43,363 nt of DNA from a virus. The stretch is taken from IMG/VR virus record IMGVR_UViG_3300037511_000195, one strand, 5' to 3'. Below, piece after piece: positions 24,532 to 32,770 of the stretch. Made by a program: the position numbers and the translations under genes. Below the pieces are notes generated by a model, which did no database searches, was not told the DNA's origin, and worked only from the letters and a program-made list of their open reading frames with translations. The number at the start of each line of letters is the position of its first letter. Positions within the stretch are counted from its first letter, which is position 1.

Positions 24532-25151
24532 TTACCCGAAAAGATTGCTCATGTCGATCCGCGTGGTTGCCACCCTTTGGCGTAGGGTGGGCGCGTTGCC
24601 TTTTTCGTCGGATCCGGAATCCAGCCAATACTGGTTCATAATCCTAACGCCGTCCGCGTAGCTCAATTCGCCTAGGATTTCGCGCGGTTTCATACTGCCG
24701 TTGAGAACTGCCGAGATGATGGCGACATAAGCGACCCCATCTCCCGGCGTTAGCCGTTTCCCGCGCCGCCCGCTGAGTCGGGCTCAACCGACTGGGCTTT
24801 GTCCAAATCCTTCTCGATGGCTGCAGCGATCTCCATAGCCTCCTTGTTGAACACGCCCTTGCCGAGCCCCTGTGCCTGCGCCCATTTGATGGCCTTGAGG
24901 CGAAAATCGTCTTCCTCATCGCGAGTGCGCACCGCATTCACGGTGCGGTCATCCTGCGTGAGCAGGTAAAGCAGAATGACGGCACGCTCGATGTTCGAAA
25001 CCGGCGTGCCGACGAGCCGCCAGAAGGCCATGGCGTGCACCCAGCTAAACTGGTTGAGTTTGATGCCGCCAAAGGTGAATGTGCGGCCCATTTCGCCGGT
25101 GTCGGGAGCTGCTGCAGTTGGGGCATCGAATTGATCGGTTAGTGCGTTCAT
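24532..25151 (-). CDS. gpGT-like product of a programmed -1 frameshift (predicted)
   Basis: The -1 frame is open from 10 codons before the zero-frame stop down to the TAA at 24532-24534. This adds about 75 aa (KRLTPGDGVAYVAIISAVLNGSMKPREILGELSYADGVRIMNQYWLDSGS...NLFG). Confidence 0.5.
24750..25151 (-). CDS. Tail assembly chaperone, gpG-like (zero-frame product)
   Basis: 133-aa acidic protein upstream of the tape-measure-like gene. It ends 2 codons after a G_GGA_AAC slippery heptamer. Confidence 0.55.
   Translation of the reverse strand: MNALTDQFDAPTAAAPDTGEMGRTFTFGGIKLNQFSWVHAMAFWRLVGTPVSNIERAVILLYLLTQDDRTVNAVRTRDEEDDFRLKAIKWAQAQGLGKGVFNKEAMEIAAAIEKDLDKAQSVEPDSAGGAGNG
24756..24762 (-). promoter_or_regulatory. 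Slippery heptamer G_GGA_AAC
   Basis: Plus strand reads gtttccc. In the zero frame this is gcg-gga-aac-ggc-taa. It has the same X_XXY_YYZ form as the lambda G/GT site GGGAAAG. Confidence 0.55.
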
Positions 25152-25615
25152 TGGTTAGTTTTAGTTAGGCCCCAGGCTTCCAGCACGTGCGCCGGTGTGT
25201 CCTTGGTGCAAATCGTGTAGCGTCCATCGCCGCGATCAATGCGGACGCGGGGTGTGTATACCTTCCAGTCCCCGGCGAATGTGGCTCGGTTCTTTAAGGT
25301 CGTCATGGCAACGAGCGCGAGTTGCCGCGTGCTGAGTTCCGGAAGGTCTGTGACGGTGCCGCCAGCGCCCTTGAAAACGGCAGCGAAGTCTTCCAGCACC
25401 TTCGCTAGCTCTGGCACCTTCTCGAATCCCCACCAGATTTCTCCCGGGATACCCTCTTTGACCATCTGCGCAGCAGACTTGCCGTGTTTGCGAAGCACCT
25501 TGTCGGGGTAGGTATTGACGCAACGCCGATTGGGGTCTGCGAACGGGATTCCAGCCGTCGCGAGTGTGACTGCCTCCGCTGCGTCCTTGGTAAAGTGAAT
25601 ATCTGCTACGTCCAT
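25148..25615 (-). CDS. Hypothetical tail-module protein (155 aa)
   Basis: ATGA coupling to the chaperone gene and protein-like sequence. Confidence 0.5.
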   Translation of the reverse strand: MDVADIHFTKDAAEAVTLATAGIPFADPNRRCVNTYPDKVLRKHGKSAAQMVKEGIPGEIWWGFEKVPELAKVLEDFAAVFKGAGGTVTDLPELSTRQLALVAMTTLKNRATFAGDWKVYTPRVRIDRGDGRYTICTKDTPAHVLEAWGLTKTNQ

Positions 25616-25646
25616 TGGTTGTAAGATTGATGGGAGCGGAAAACCG

Positions 25647-26015
25647 CTACGTCACAGCCTTCAGGCGTTCGAGAGTGACGGTAACTTTCCGGAAGCCTGT
25701 GCGGGACTGCGATTGAACGAATGTACGCGGATAGCAGCCGCCGGCAGTCTGGCCGAACTGGTCCACGTCGTTTGCGGGAACAAAGGCCGTGGTAGGCACG
25801 ACAGCCATTACTCCAGTTGATCCGAAAACCTCGCCCGAGATGGTGATCATGGCCTTGACGGCACCAGACGCGAAACCGCGAGCCTCGCCAACTTTGTCGG
25901 CCAGAATGTCCGTGAACTCCGGCTCGCTCGATACCTCATAGGTATCGATATTGATGCCGGTTTCGTCGGCTTCTACGCCGTGCTGCGCGCCTGAAAGATC
26001 AACAAGAGAAGCCAT
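25647..26015 (-). CDS. Putative major tail (tube) protein
   Basis: 122 aa, beta-rich, and positioned upstream of the chaperone/tape-measure block. The call rests on position only. Confidence 0.35.
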   Translation of the reverse strand: MASLVDLSGAQHGVEADETGINIDTYEVSSEPEFTDILADKVGEARGFASGAVKAMITISGEVFGSTGVMAVVPTTAFVPANDVDQFGQTAGGCYPRTFVQSQSRTGFRKVTVTLERLKAVT

Positions 26016-26016
26016 A

Positions 26017-26187
26017 TTACTTGGTGGGTTGGGTTTCGGGTTTCTTCAGCATGGCCTCGTGTGCCGCGATGCGGTTCTTGATGCTCTCCGCTTTGCCGTT
26101 CTGCGTTTCCTCCGCGCGCTTAAGCATGACGCCTAGATCGCGCAAGGTCGCCTTGACATTTCGCTCGTGAATCTCGTCGGCGGTCAT
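26017..26187 (-). CDS. Hypothetical small protein (56 aa from the ATG at 26187)
   Basis: The track start at 26223 is a TTG. The ATG at 26187 sits in TCCGAACCATGAcc, a one-mismatch copy of the CCGAAACATGA motif (plus strand 26184-26194). Confidence 0.45.
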   Translation of the reverse strand: MTADEIHERNVKATLRDLGVMLKRAEETQNGKAESIKNRIAAHEAMLKKPETQPTK

Positions 26188-26230
26188 GGTTCGGACTATG
26201 CCGATACGGCAAATATCCGTCAATGTCTAA

Positions 26231-26249
26231 ATGCAATTCACTTGCGATT
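26231..26249 (-). promoter_or_regulatory. Late-region motif copy L4 (weakest match)
   Basis: Plus strand reads atgcaattcacttgcgatt. It overlaps the stop of 26248..26685. Confidence 0.35.
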
Positions 26250-26685
26250 ACGGAAGATAGACCACCTTGAAGGTCTTCGTGTGCTCCCGCTGATTGGCAT
26301 GACCCTCGTTCTCGGACACGGCTGTGACGGTATCTACCTGGAACCCATTCGGGAAAAGGCTCGTGGCCGTCGTGATGACGCTAGATGGCGCGCTGGCGAG
26401 CCCCGCTTCCACGGCAAGCTGCCATGCATCCAGCGTAGTCGGGTTATTGGTGCTCATCACAATCGACACCTGCACCATGGAGGACATGATCTTCCCTCCA
26501 AGGAACGGCGCCCTGGCATCGACTTCCGGCGTCGGATCGTCGGCTGACACAGTGATGTAATCAGGCTTGTCCTTAAGGTTGGTCGTGGTGTCCTTCGCCA
26601 AAATCGACACGCCAGAAAGCCCGCTCTGCGCCGCCAAGAGCGCGATGATGATGGTCTCGATGTTGGACTGGTTGGGGCTGCTCAT
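26248..26685 (-). CDS. Tail-completion / tail-terminator-like protein
   Basis: 145 aa. The N-terminus (IETIIIALLAAQSGLSGVSILAKD...KPDYITVSADD) resembles the DUF3168-type pattern, and the position lies between the connectors and the tube. Confidence 0.4.
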   Translation of the reverse strand: MSSPNQSNIETIIIALLAAQSGLSGVSILAKDTTTNLKDKPDYITVSADDPTPEVDARAPFLGGKIMSSMVQVSIVMSTNNPTTLDAWQLAVEAGLASAPSSVITTATSLFPNGFQVDTVTAVSENEGHANQREHTKTFKVVYLP

Positions 26686-26966
26686 TGCTCGGATTCTGGA
26701 TGAACCTTTTTCTGCGGATTGATAATTAGTCCATGAAGCTGCCGATCGATCTCAGTCCACATCTCAGCGCACCCTTGACAAATATCCAACTTGAGTCCGT
26801 CGGAGTCCGGATTGCCATTGATTTTAAATGGCACAAAAAACTCGCGCTTGCCCATGAAGATGGAATCGCCGCAAATATCACACGCCCCACCGTCCGCTTC
26901 AGCCTCGCGAAGAACCCTGCCCGACCAGTCGAATCCGATAGTAATAGTTGTGCGGTCCATGCTCAT
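26682..26966 (-). CDS. Small Cys-rich (zinc-ribbon-like) protein
   Basis: CDICGD...CQGC motif, coupled by ATGA at both ends. Confidence 0.45.
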   Translation of the reverse strand: MSMDRTTITIGFDWSGRVLREAEADGGACDICGDSIFMGKREFFVPFKINGNPDSDGLKLDICQGCAEMWTEIDRQLHGLIINPQKKVHPESEQ

Positions 26967-27301
26967 TGTGAGGTATTATCCCCGATGGTGATGTAGAGAA
27001 TCCCCGACCGCTCCACGGTTGAGATTACCTGCTGCGTGATGGTGCCCCCGCCTGGGATGGCGGTCAGCGTGGCGATCTGCGGCTTGACCGGGATACCACC
27101 CGTCCATGCTGACGTGAGGGTGATGAGTGTATTTTGGCCAGTGCTGCTGATGCCGCCGAACTCAAATGCGGTGGTCTGGTCGTCGTTTCCGATAATGAAA
27201 GCCACTGAGCTTACACTGCCGATAGCGACAACCGGCGACGTGCCGATAAAATCGGTCTGCGCCTCGTACAATTCGGTAAAGCATTCCGTCGCCACGCTCA
27301 T
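26963..27301 (-). CDS. Head-tail connector/adaptor-like protein (112 aa)
   Basis: Position and size only. Coupled to the glycosyltransferase gene by ATGA. Confidence 0.4.
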   Translation of the reverse strand: MSVATECFTELYEAQTDFIGTSPVVAIGSVSSVAFIIGNDDQTTAFEFGGISSTGQNTLITLTSAWTGGIPVKPQIATLTAIPGGGTITQQVISTVERSGILYITIGDNTSQ

Positions 27302-28311
27302 GCCGGACGATACCTTTCTACGTTAATTCTAGCAACTTCATTCGCGACCGTGAATGCGGCAGCTTCCCATGTCCATTGAGGGCCGGTGAAGTCGCCGCGC
27401 CAGCGCGAAGTATAGGCGATTTCCAGCGCACTTAGCACATCCTCTGGCGTCGATACGGCCCATCGATTTTCATCCTCCTTGGCGTTAATCAACACACTGA
27501 CAGCTTCCGCGATATCGCGATGGCCGGTCTTGAGGTTGGCCGCTACACGCTTTCCGCATGCCGCGTATTCCATCAGCACGAGGTTGGTGCCGCCCTCGCA
27601 CCGGTTCGGGAATAGGCCGTAGTCCGTGTTTTGCATCTCGGCTGCCAGTTGCTCGTGGGCTAGTTGCGGAAGGACCGTGAATTGATGGCGAGGGATTCCA
27701 TTTGCCTCCAGGATGGCGGCAAATGCTTCTTCCTGGCTGCTGAAGTTCTGCGCAGGAATAGCAAGTCCACTCCGATGCAATGCCTCAACCGTCAGGCCAA
27801 ACCACGGATTGTGCCACGCGCAGACAAGGTGCGCGTCCGGGTGCTTCTTGGCGAACTGCGCAAAGGCGCGGATCACGAGGTCTTGGCCCTTACGCCACTC
27901 GAACTTTCCGCCACTGAAAACGCGGAATTTTCCATCGGCCTTGCGCGGCCCCGGCTTGAAGACCGAATGATCAACGCCCTGAATCAGCACCTTGGCATTG
28001 TGGATGCCGCGCTCCCACATGCGATCCAGGCACCATGAAGAGCCGCAAAATACCGTGTCGTATTTCTTCGCGTTGGCCACGGCGGCAGGCTCAAGCGGGC
28101 TTTCGAAAAACGTGTAGGCGAGATTCACTTCGCCGCGTGCGCCCGATGCCGGGTTGAACGAATGATCTACCAGCGGCATGAACACCACGTCAGCCGCGCC
28201 ATCTGTTAGCGTGAAGTGATGGCCAAGCGCACCACGCAGATACCGATTACATGTTGCCCAACCGAATCCCTGCGCCTCTGGCTGGAAGCCTGCATAGTGG
28301 AGAGTATTCAT
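27298..28311 (-). CDS. Glycosyltransferase, GT-B fold (GT4/group-1-like)
   Basis: C-terminal CEGGTNLVLMEYAACGKRV resembles the E-x7/8-E sugar-nucleotide motif of retaining GT-B enzymes. Length is about 337 aa. Confidence 0.65.
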   Translation of the reverse strand: MNTLHYAGFQPEAQGFGWATCNRYLRGALGHHFTLTDGAADVVFMPLVDHSFNPASGARGEVNLAYTFFESPLEPAAVANAKKYDTVFCGSSWCLDRMWERGIHNAKVLIQGVDHSVFKPGPRKADGKFRVFSGGKFEWRKGQDLVIRAFAQFAKKHPDAHLVCAWHNPWFGLTVEALHRSGLAIPAQNFSSQEEAFAAILEANGIPRHQFTVLPQLAHEQLAAEMQNTDYGLFPNRCEGGTNLVLMEYAACGKRVAANLKTGHRDIAEAVSVLINAKEDENRWAVSTPEDVLSALEIAYTSRWRGDFTGPQWTWEAAAFTVANEVARINVERYRPA

Positions 28312-28907
28312 AGTTTTTGGACGTTGAAGGCGAAATAAAGGTCAGGCCCGCATGCGGCTTCGAAGCTGATGCTCTGATATGTCGTGCACTCGAAGCCCGC
28401 GCGCGTCAGCAGGCTGGCCCACGCGTGGGGCGTGAGGACGCTATAATGGTTCAGGTTCCGCTCGTGGTGCGCGGTGGTGTTTGGCGCCGGGACTTCCATG
28501 TAGAGCCTTCCTCCCGGCTTCAGCACGCGGGCAAACTCGCGCAGGGTGAACAGCGGAACCGGCGAATGCTCAACCACGTGCCGCGCCCATACGGCCTCAA
28601 ACTTGCCCGTGAAATCGTCCGGCATATCGTTCTGATCCATCTGCACGCAGTTGAATCCTAGCGCGCGGCAATCCCGCACGTCCTCTATCGATAGCGAAAT
28701 CCCCACCGTCTCGATGCCAGCATGGCGGAACATTTCCAGCGCCGGGCCTTTGCCGCACCCTGCATCAAGAACGGTGGCACCTGGAGGCAGTTGCTTGATA
28801 AACGGCTCGCCCATCTGCAGCGTGAGGCAGTCGTGCCCGCTGGAACGCGGCTCCGGATAGGTTTCCGAGCGGCACTGCGATAGGAAGTCAGCGAGGCGCG
28901 GGTTCAT
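28308..28907 (-). CDS. Class I SAM-dependent methyltransferase
   Basis: Motif I VLDAGCGKGPALEMF, and post-I and later motifs (FEAVWARHVVEH, LKPGGRLYMEVP). The ATG at 28907 overlaps the upstream stop. Confidence 0.75.
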   Translation of the reverse strand: MNPRLADFLSQCRSETYPEPRSSGHDCLTLQMGEPFIKQLPPGATVLDAGCGKGPALEMFRHAGIETVGISLSIEDVRDCRALGFNCVQMDQNDMPDDFTGKFEAVWARHVVEHSPVPLFTLREFARVLKPGGRLYMEVPAPNTTAHHERNLNHYSVLTPHAWASLLTRAGFECTTYQSISFEAACGPDLYFAFNVQKL

Positions 28908-30328
28908 AGTTCGGCAATCACTTGTTGGATCACGGTCTCCCAATCTCCCGCGACCGGCTGCCGGAAAAGGCGATACTGAGGATACCACGGGGAGTCTTCA
29001 CGCGTGAGCATCCAACGGAAATCCGGAGAGCTTGGGAGTAGCAGCCACACGGGCTTGCCGAGCGCGCCCGCGAGGTGCGCCACGGCGGTATCGACGCAGA
29101 TCAGCAAATCCATTTGCAGGATCGCGTTCGCGGTCATCGTCCAATCGGTGATGAACTGCGCCAAATCCATGCAGCCCGTTAGCTGCTGAACTTCGTGCGC
29201 CCTGGGACCGCATTGCAGGCTGTAGAATTGGCAATCCGGAGCCACATCGATGAACCGCTGGAATTGCGCTGGCTTCATGGAGCGCACAAAGTCTTTGCCG
29301 TGCGTCGGCGAACCTGCCCACACGAGACCAATCTTCTTTCGGACTTCCCGGGGCGGATATGGCGCCAGGATTTCAAACTTCACCCATTCGTCCGTGGGTT
29401 TGATGTACGGGATGTTGGCCGGGATGGTGCCGAGATCCGTCCCGAATACATCGGGCAGATGCATCAGCGGGATATGGTAGTCGAAATCATGCGGCGGGGC
29501 TGGCGGGTCCACGATAAGACCGTCCAGGCCAGTCACGCCCCTCAGTAGCGCGTGCATGGATTCCGCGCACGAAAACAGCACCCGGCTGGCTGGCCAGCGC
29601 TGCTTGATCAGTTCGGCGTAGCGGATGAATTGAATCTGGTCGCCCCAGCCTTGTTCGCAGCTAATGACCAGCGTCTTGCTGTCGAGAGATTCGCCTTCCC
29701 ACATCGGCTTATCGGTCTGGAGAATCTTACTTGGAAAGCTCCGCACAGCGAAGCGCGAGCGATACTCACGGAACCCGCGCCGAATCTCGCCCATCATCAG
29801 CAGAATCATGGACCGGCTAAACTGCGCACCCGCTGAATTAGGATCGCTGTTGATAATCTCGAAGAACTGCCGATCCGCTTCTTCATACTGGCCATCGAAT
29901 ACAAGGATGTCTGCGTAGTTGAGCCGGGCCGCACGGTGCGCCGGGTTGAGCTGAAGGGCGAAATGGAAGGCGATCTTGGCCTTCTCCGGAAAACCTAGTT
30001 TGCCCATGATCAGCCCGTGGTTATTCAGGCAATCGGCCTTAGTGACACTATCGGGCTCCGGGGACTCGATGGCGCGCGAGTAATACCCCACAGCTTCCGC
30101 GTAGAGCGCATGCATCTTGGCCGGGTTGGCTTCCTTGTTCGCGGCCTGCTGTCGCAACGCCCCGAGGTTGAACAATACTTTTGGATCGGTTGGGATGTGC
30201 AGCAAATACTCCTCATAGTGTTTGCTGGCGCGCCCGTGGTCTCCTTCTTCGCTGGCCAGATGCGCCTTATCGAGCAATTTGCGGTAGTGTTTACGCGCAA
30301 CAAGAACTGGCATGCTGTGAATGGACAT
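28904..30328 (-). CDS. TPR-repeat protein fused to a GT-B (GT9/GT41-like) glycosyltransferase domain
   Basis: The N-terminal ~190 aa contain TPR-like repeats (YAEAVGYYSRAIESPEPD, AKIAFHFALQLNPAHRAARLNYADILV). The C-terminus (GWGDQIQFIRYAEL...VWAGSPTHGKD...LLICVDTAVAHLAGALGKPVWLLLP) is typical of TPR-glycosyltransferases. Confidence 0.7.
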   Translation of the reverse strand: MSIHSMPVLVARKHYRKLLDKAHLASEEGDHGRASKHYEEYLLHIPTDPKVLFNLGALRQQAANKEANPAKMHALYAEAVGYYSRAIESPEPDSVTKADCLNNHGLIMGKLGFPEKAKIAFHFALQLNPAHRAARLNYADILVFDGQYEEADRQFFEIINSDPNSAGAQFSRSMILLMMGEIRRGFREYRSRFAVRSFPSKILQTDKPMWEGESLDSKTLVISCEQGWGDQIQFIRYAELIKQRWPASRVLFSCAESMHALLRGVTGLDGLIVDPPAPPHDFDYHIPLMHLPDVFGTDLGTIPANIPYIKPTDEWVKFEILAPYPPREVRKKIGLVWAGSPTHGKDFVRSMKPAQFQRFIDVAPDCQFYSLQCGPRAHEVQQLTGCMDLAQFITDWTMTANAILQMDLLICVDTAVAHLAGALGKPVWLLLPSSPDFRWMLTREDSPWYPQYRLFRQPVAGDWETVIQQVIAEL

Positions 30329-30375
30329 TGGTTGGTGCCGGATAACGGTTGCCGGGGCCGGTTAGAGCCGATGGC

Positions 30376-30762
30376 TCAGGAAATTTGTTTTAGGCCAATA
30401 GCGAAGGCGCCGATGTCGAACGTGGCCGTAGTCGAGGATGTGAGGGCCTTGAGCTGCACGTAACGCTTGCAGTTACGCGTATCGAGCGCGATTTCCAGCG
30501 TAGGACTGGCGGCGGTATTGGCCGCGACGGTCGGCAGGCCAGCGGATGCCGCGAAGGTCGTGTTATCCGCCGAATCCAATAGCGAATATTGGATTGAAGT
30601 CGAGCCGCTTCCGCTCAATTCGTTGTGCGCGATGACAATCTTGCAGTTGTTGATGAAGTCGCGCAGATCAACGCCTGCGAAGGTCTGCGTCCCAGCGCCT
30701 ACCGCGACACGTTTTGCGCACAGCGTAAGCGCTGTCAGTTGGCCGTTGATATCAGGATTCAT
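30376..30762 (-). CDS. Possible head decoration / accessory capsid protein (128 aa)
   Basis: It lies immediately downstream of the capsid gene and is beta-rich with Ser/Thr-rich stretches (SGSGSTS, TSSTTAT). Confidence 0.35.
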   Translation of the reverse strand: MNPDINGQLTALTLCAKRVAVGAGTQTFAGVDLRDFINNCKIVIAHNELSGSGSTSIQYSLLDSADNTTFAASAGLPTVAANTAASPTLEIALDTRNCKRYVQLKALTSSTTATFDIGAFAIGLKQIS

Positions 30763-30771
30763 GGTCGTTCT

Positions 30772-32691
30772 TTAGTTGGTCGAGACGCTGAAGCTCTTGG
30801 TGTGGCGGATGCCGTTGTCACAATACATCTGCATGACGATGCGAATTTGGCCCTGGAGCGACAGGCTATAGGGGTCCACGATGACCGAGGTATCGGCCCA
30901 ATCCGCCAAGATGAGGTCGTCAAAGTTGCCGAAGATCACGCTCGTGGCGGTCGGGACTTGGTTGGTGGCAAAGGCCGGGTAGCCGTTCACCATTTCGTTC
31001 TTCCAAACCGGGATAGAGTTGGCGGCGGAGATTTCCGCAACCAGCTTCGCATTGTTTTTCACGGTCGGGGTGGTGATGTAACCAAGGCGCCCCTGCACTG
31101 CGTTGTTGAGCGCGACATTCGTCTCGAACTGCACCGCGTTCGCGTAGGTCATGGACTGCGCGGCAGAGAGTGTAACTGCGGTCGAGAGTGAGCCGGTATT
31201 CAGGATGCCCTGGGGCTCGCCGCTGTTGCCGCTGCCGTTGATCGCCGCAAGGTCGCGGGCGATTGCAATGATGGTCATGAGGTCTTGGCGCACGAAGTTC
31301 TCAACGTCGATGCTGGCCTGCGCGAGGAGCTGTTGAGTGTAGGCGGTGGCCGCGCCGAGCTTGTGCGGCGTAAGGTTGAGTTGGCCGACCGTCTGGTTTG
31401 TGGCCGTGATGGTGGAATCTTCCGCCAGCCAGCTTGCGGTGGCGCCGCCCGTTTGGCGCGGGATGGATACATTGCCGCGAAGACCAGACAGCGTGCGCGC
31501 GCCCATACGGGCAACAGCCATCTGGTTGCGCAAAAGCTCAATCATCGAGCCGCCGAGAAGGTCGGTGCCCACCAGTGCTCCAGCGGCGCCATAGACGTTG
31601 GTAAAGAGCGCCCGGACGTTTTCGGGCATCGTGCGAAGTTGTTCGCCGGTGATGCCGCGCGGGAAGGCCGCGCCGCGCATCACGTCTTGCGGAAGGAAGA
31701 ACTCCAGGCCAGATGCTTCGCGGCCAATCAGCTTCGCGTGCGCCTCACTGGCCTCCTTCTCCAGGCCGTCAAGCGGCTGCTTGCGCGCAAGCATGCCGAT
31801 GGCACGCACGAGCGAATAGGACCGCTTATCCTTATCCGACATACCCAAATTCTGAACGGTCGTTTCGACCGCCTTCACCTCGTCAAAGTGGCCATCCATC
31901 ACGGCATTGCGGAACTCCTGTTCCGTTTTGCCCTCGCGGATCATTTTCTCCGCGAGTTCGCCGGTTTCGATTTTCCGACCCCCGAGGCCCTTTTCGCGAA
32001 AGTGTTTTGCGAGTTCGGCAATAGCGGTGCTGCGGGCCCGCTCCTTGGCGACGATGGCGGATTCCTGTTCAGCGGTCACGGTAATGGCTTCGCTCATATT
32101 TCGGGTATGCGGCTTTTCTTCGGTCTCGTCAATCTCTTTTTGCAAGTCAGTGGCAATAACGTCGAAAGGCACGCTGCGGAGCTGCTCCAAATTTCGGCCC
32201 ACGCCGACAGTCGGATCGGCGGGAATCGTCACCAGTGAAGCCTCGTGTGGCGCCCACTTGAAGCGCAGGATCGGAATCCCGTCGCGTTCGCCAATCTTCT
32301 TGCCCTCGCCGGTAATTCGGTAGCCCACTGACGTATCCGGAAGAGCGCCGCTCATGGCGTCCTTCTTTTTAGTCTGCGCAAATTCGCTCTCGCTCCAAAT
32401 CAGGCCGGAGACCGTGCAGCGCTTGCCATCGTTCTCATGCTTCGTGGCGCGGCCAAGGTGTTGGTCGCGGTCATGGTTGAACAAGATCGGAAGACCGCCC
32501 TTTAGGCGCGTGTCGTCCATGCCGCCCGGCGAATGATCAAGGACTTCATAGTATTCCTTGTCGTTCCAATAGTCGTAGCGCTTGTACGGCTCGTCGCTCG
32601 AAATGGACATGCAGAAATTCCCGTCGCCCATTGATTCGATTGTCGCGGCGCGGCGGAGTTCTTTTGGGACTTTGATATTAATCGTTTTCAT
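30772..32691 (-). CDS. Prohead serine protease (HK97/S78-like) fused to an HK97-fold major capsid protein
   Basis: N-terminus has LPILFNHDRDQHLG (His) and LPDTSVGYR (Ser). A coiled scaffold-like linker follows. The C-terminal half (SIPRQTGGATASWLAEDSTITATNQTVGQLNLTPHKLGA...NGSGNSGEPQGILNT) is typical of HK97-family capsids. Confidence 0.85.
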   Translation of the reverse strand: MKTINIKVPKELRRAATIESMGDGNFCMSISSDEPYKRYDYWNDKEYYEVLDHSPGGMDDTRLKGGLPILFNHDRDQHLGRATKHENDGKRCTVSGLIWSESEFAQTKKKDAMSGALPDTSVGYRITGEGKKIGERDGIPILRFKWAPHEASLVTIPADPTVGVGRNLEQLRSVPFDVIATDLQKEIDETEEKPHTRNMSEAITVTAEQESAIVAKERARSTAIAELAKHFREKGLGGRKIETGELAEKMIREGKTEQEFRNAVMDGHFDEVKAVETTVQNLGMSDKDKRSYSLVRAIGMLARKQPLDGLEKEASEAHAKLIGREASGLEFFLPQDVMRGAAFPRGITGEQLRTMPENVRALFTNVYGAAGALVGTDLLGGSMIELLRNQMAVARMGARTLSGLRGNVSIPRQTGGATASWLAEDSTITATNQTVGQLNLTPHKLGAATAYTQQLLAQASIDVENFVRQDLMTIIAIARDLAAINGSGNSGEPQGILNTGSLSTAVTLSAAQSMTYANAVQFETNVALNNAVQGRLGYITTPTVKNNAKLVAEISAANSIPVWKNEMVNGYPAFATNQVPTATSVIFGNFDDLILADWADTSVIVDPYSLSLQGQIRIVMQMYCDNGIRHTKSFSVSTN

Positions 32692-32770
32692 CGTGTCGTC
32701 AGTTGTTGCGGGTCGCGGTTCTCGATGCGGATGGGCTCTGGCTGTGGAGGGCGCGGCTTGCGTTTCTTTT

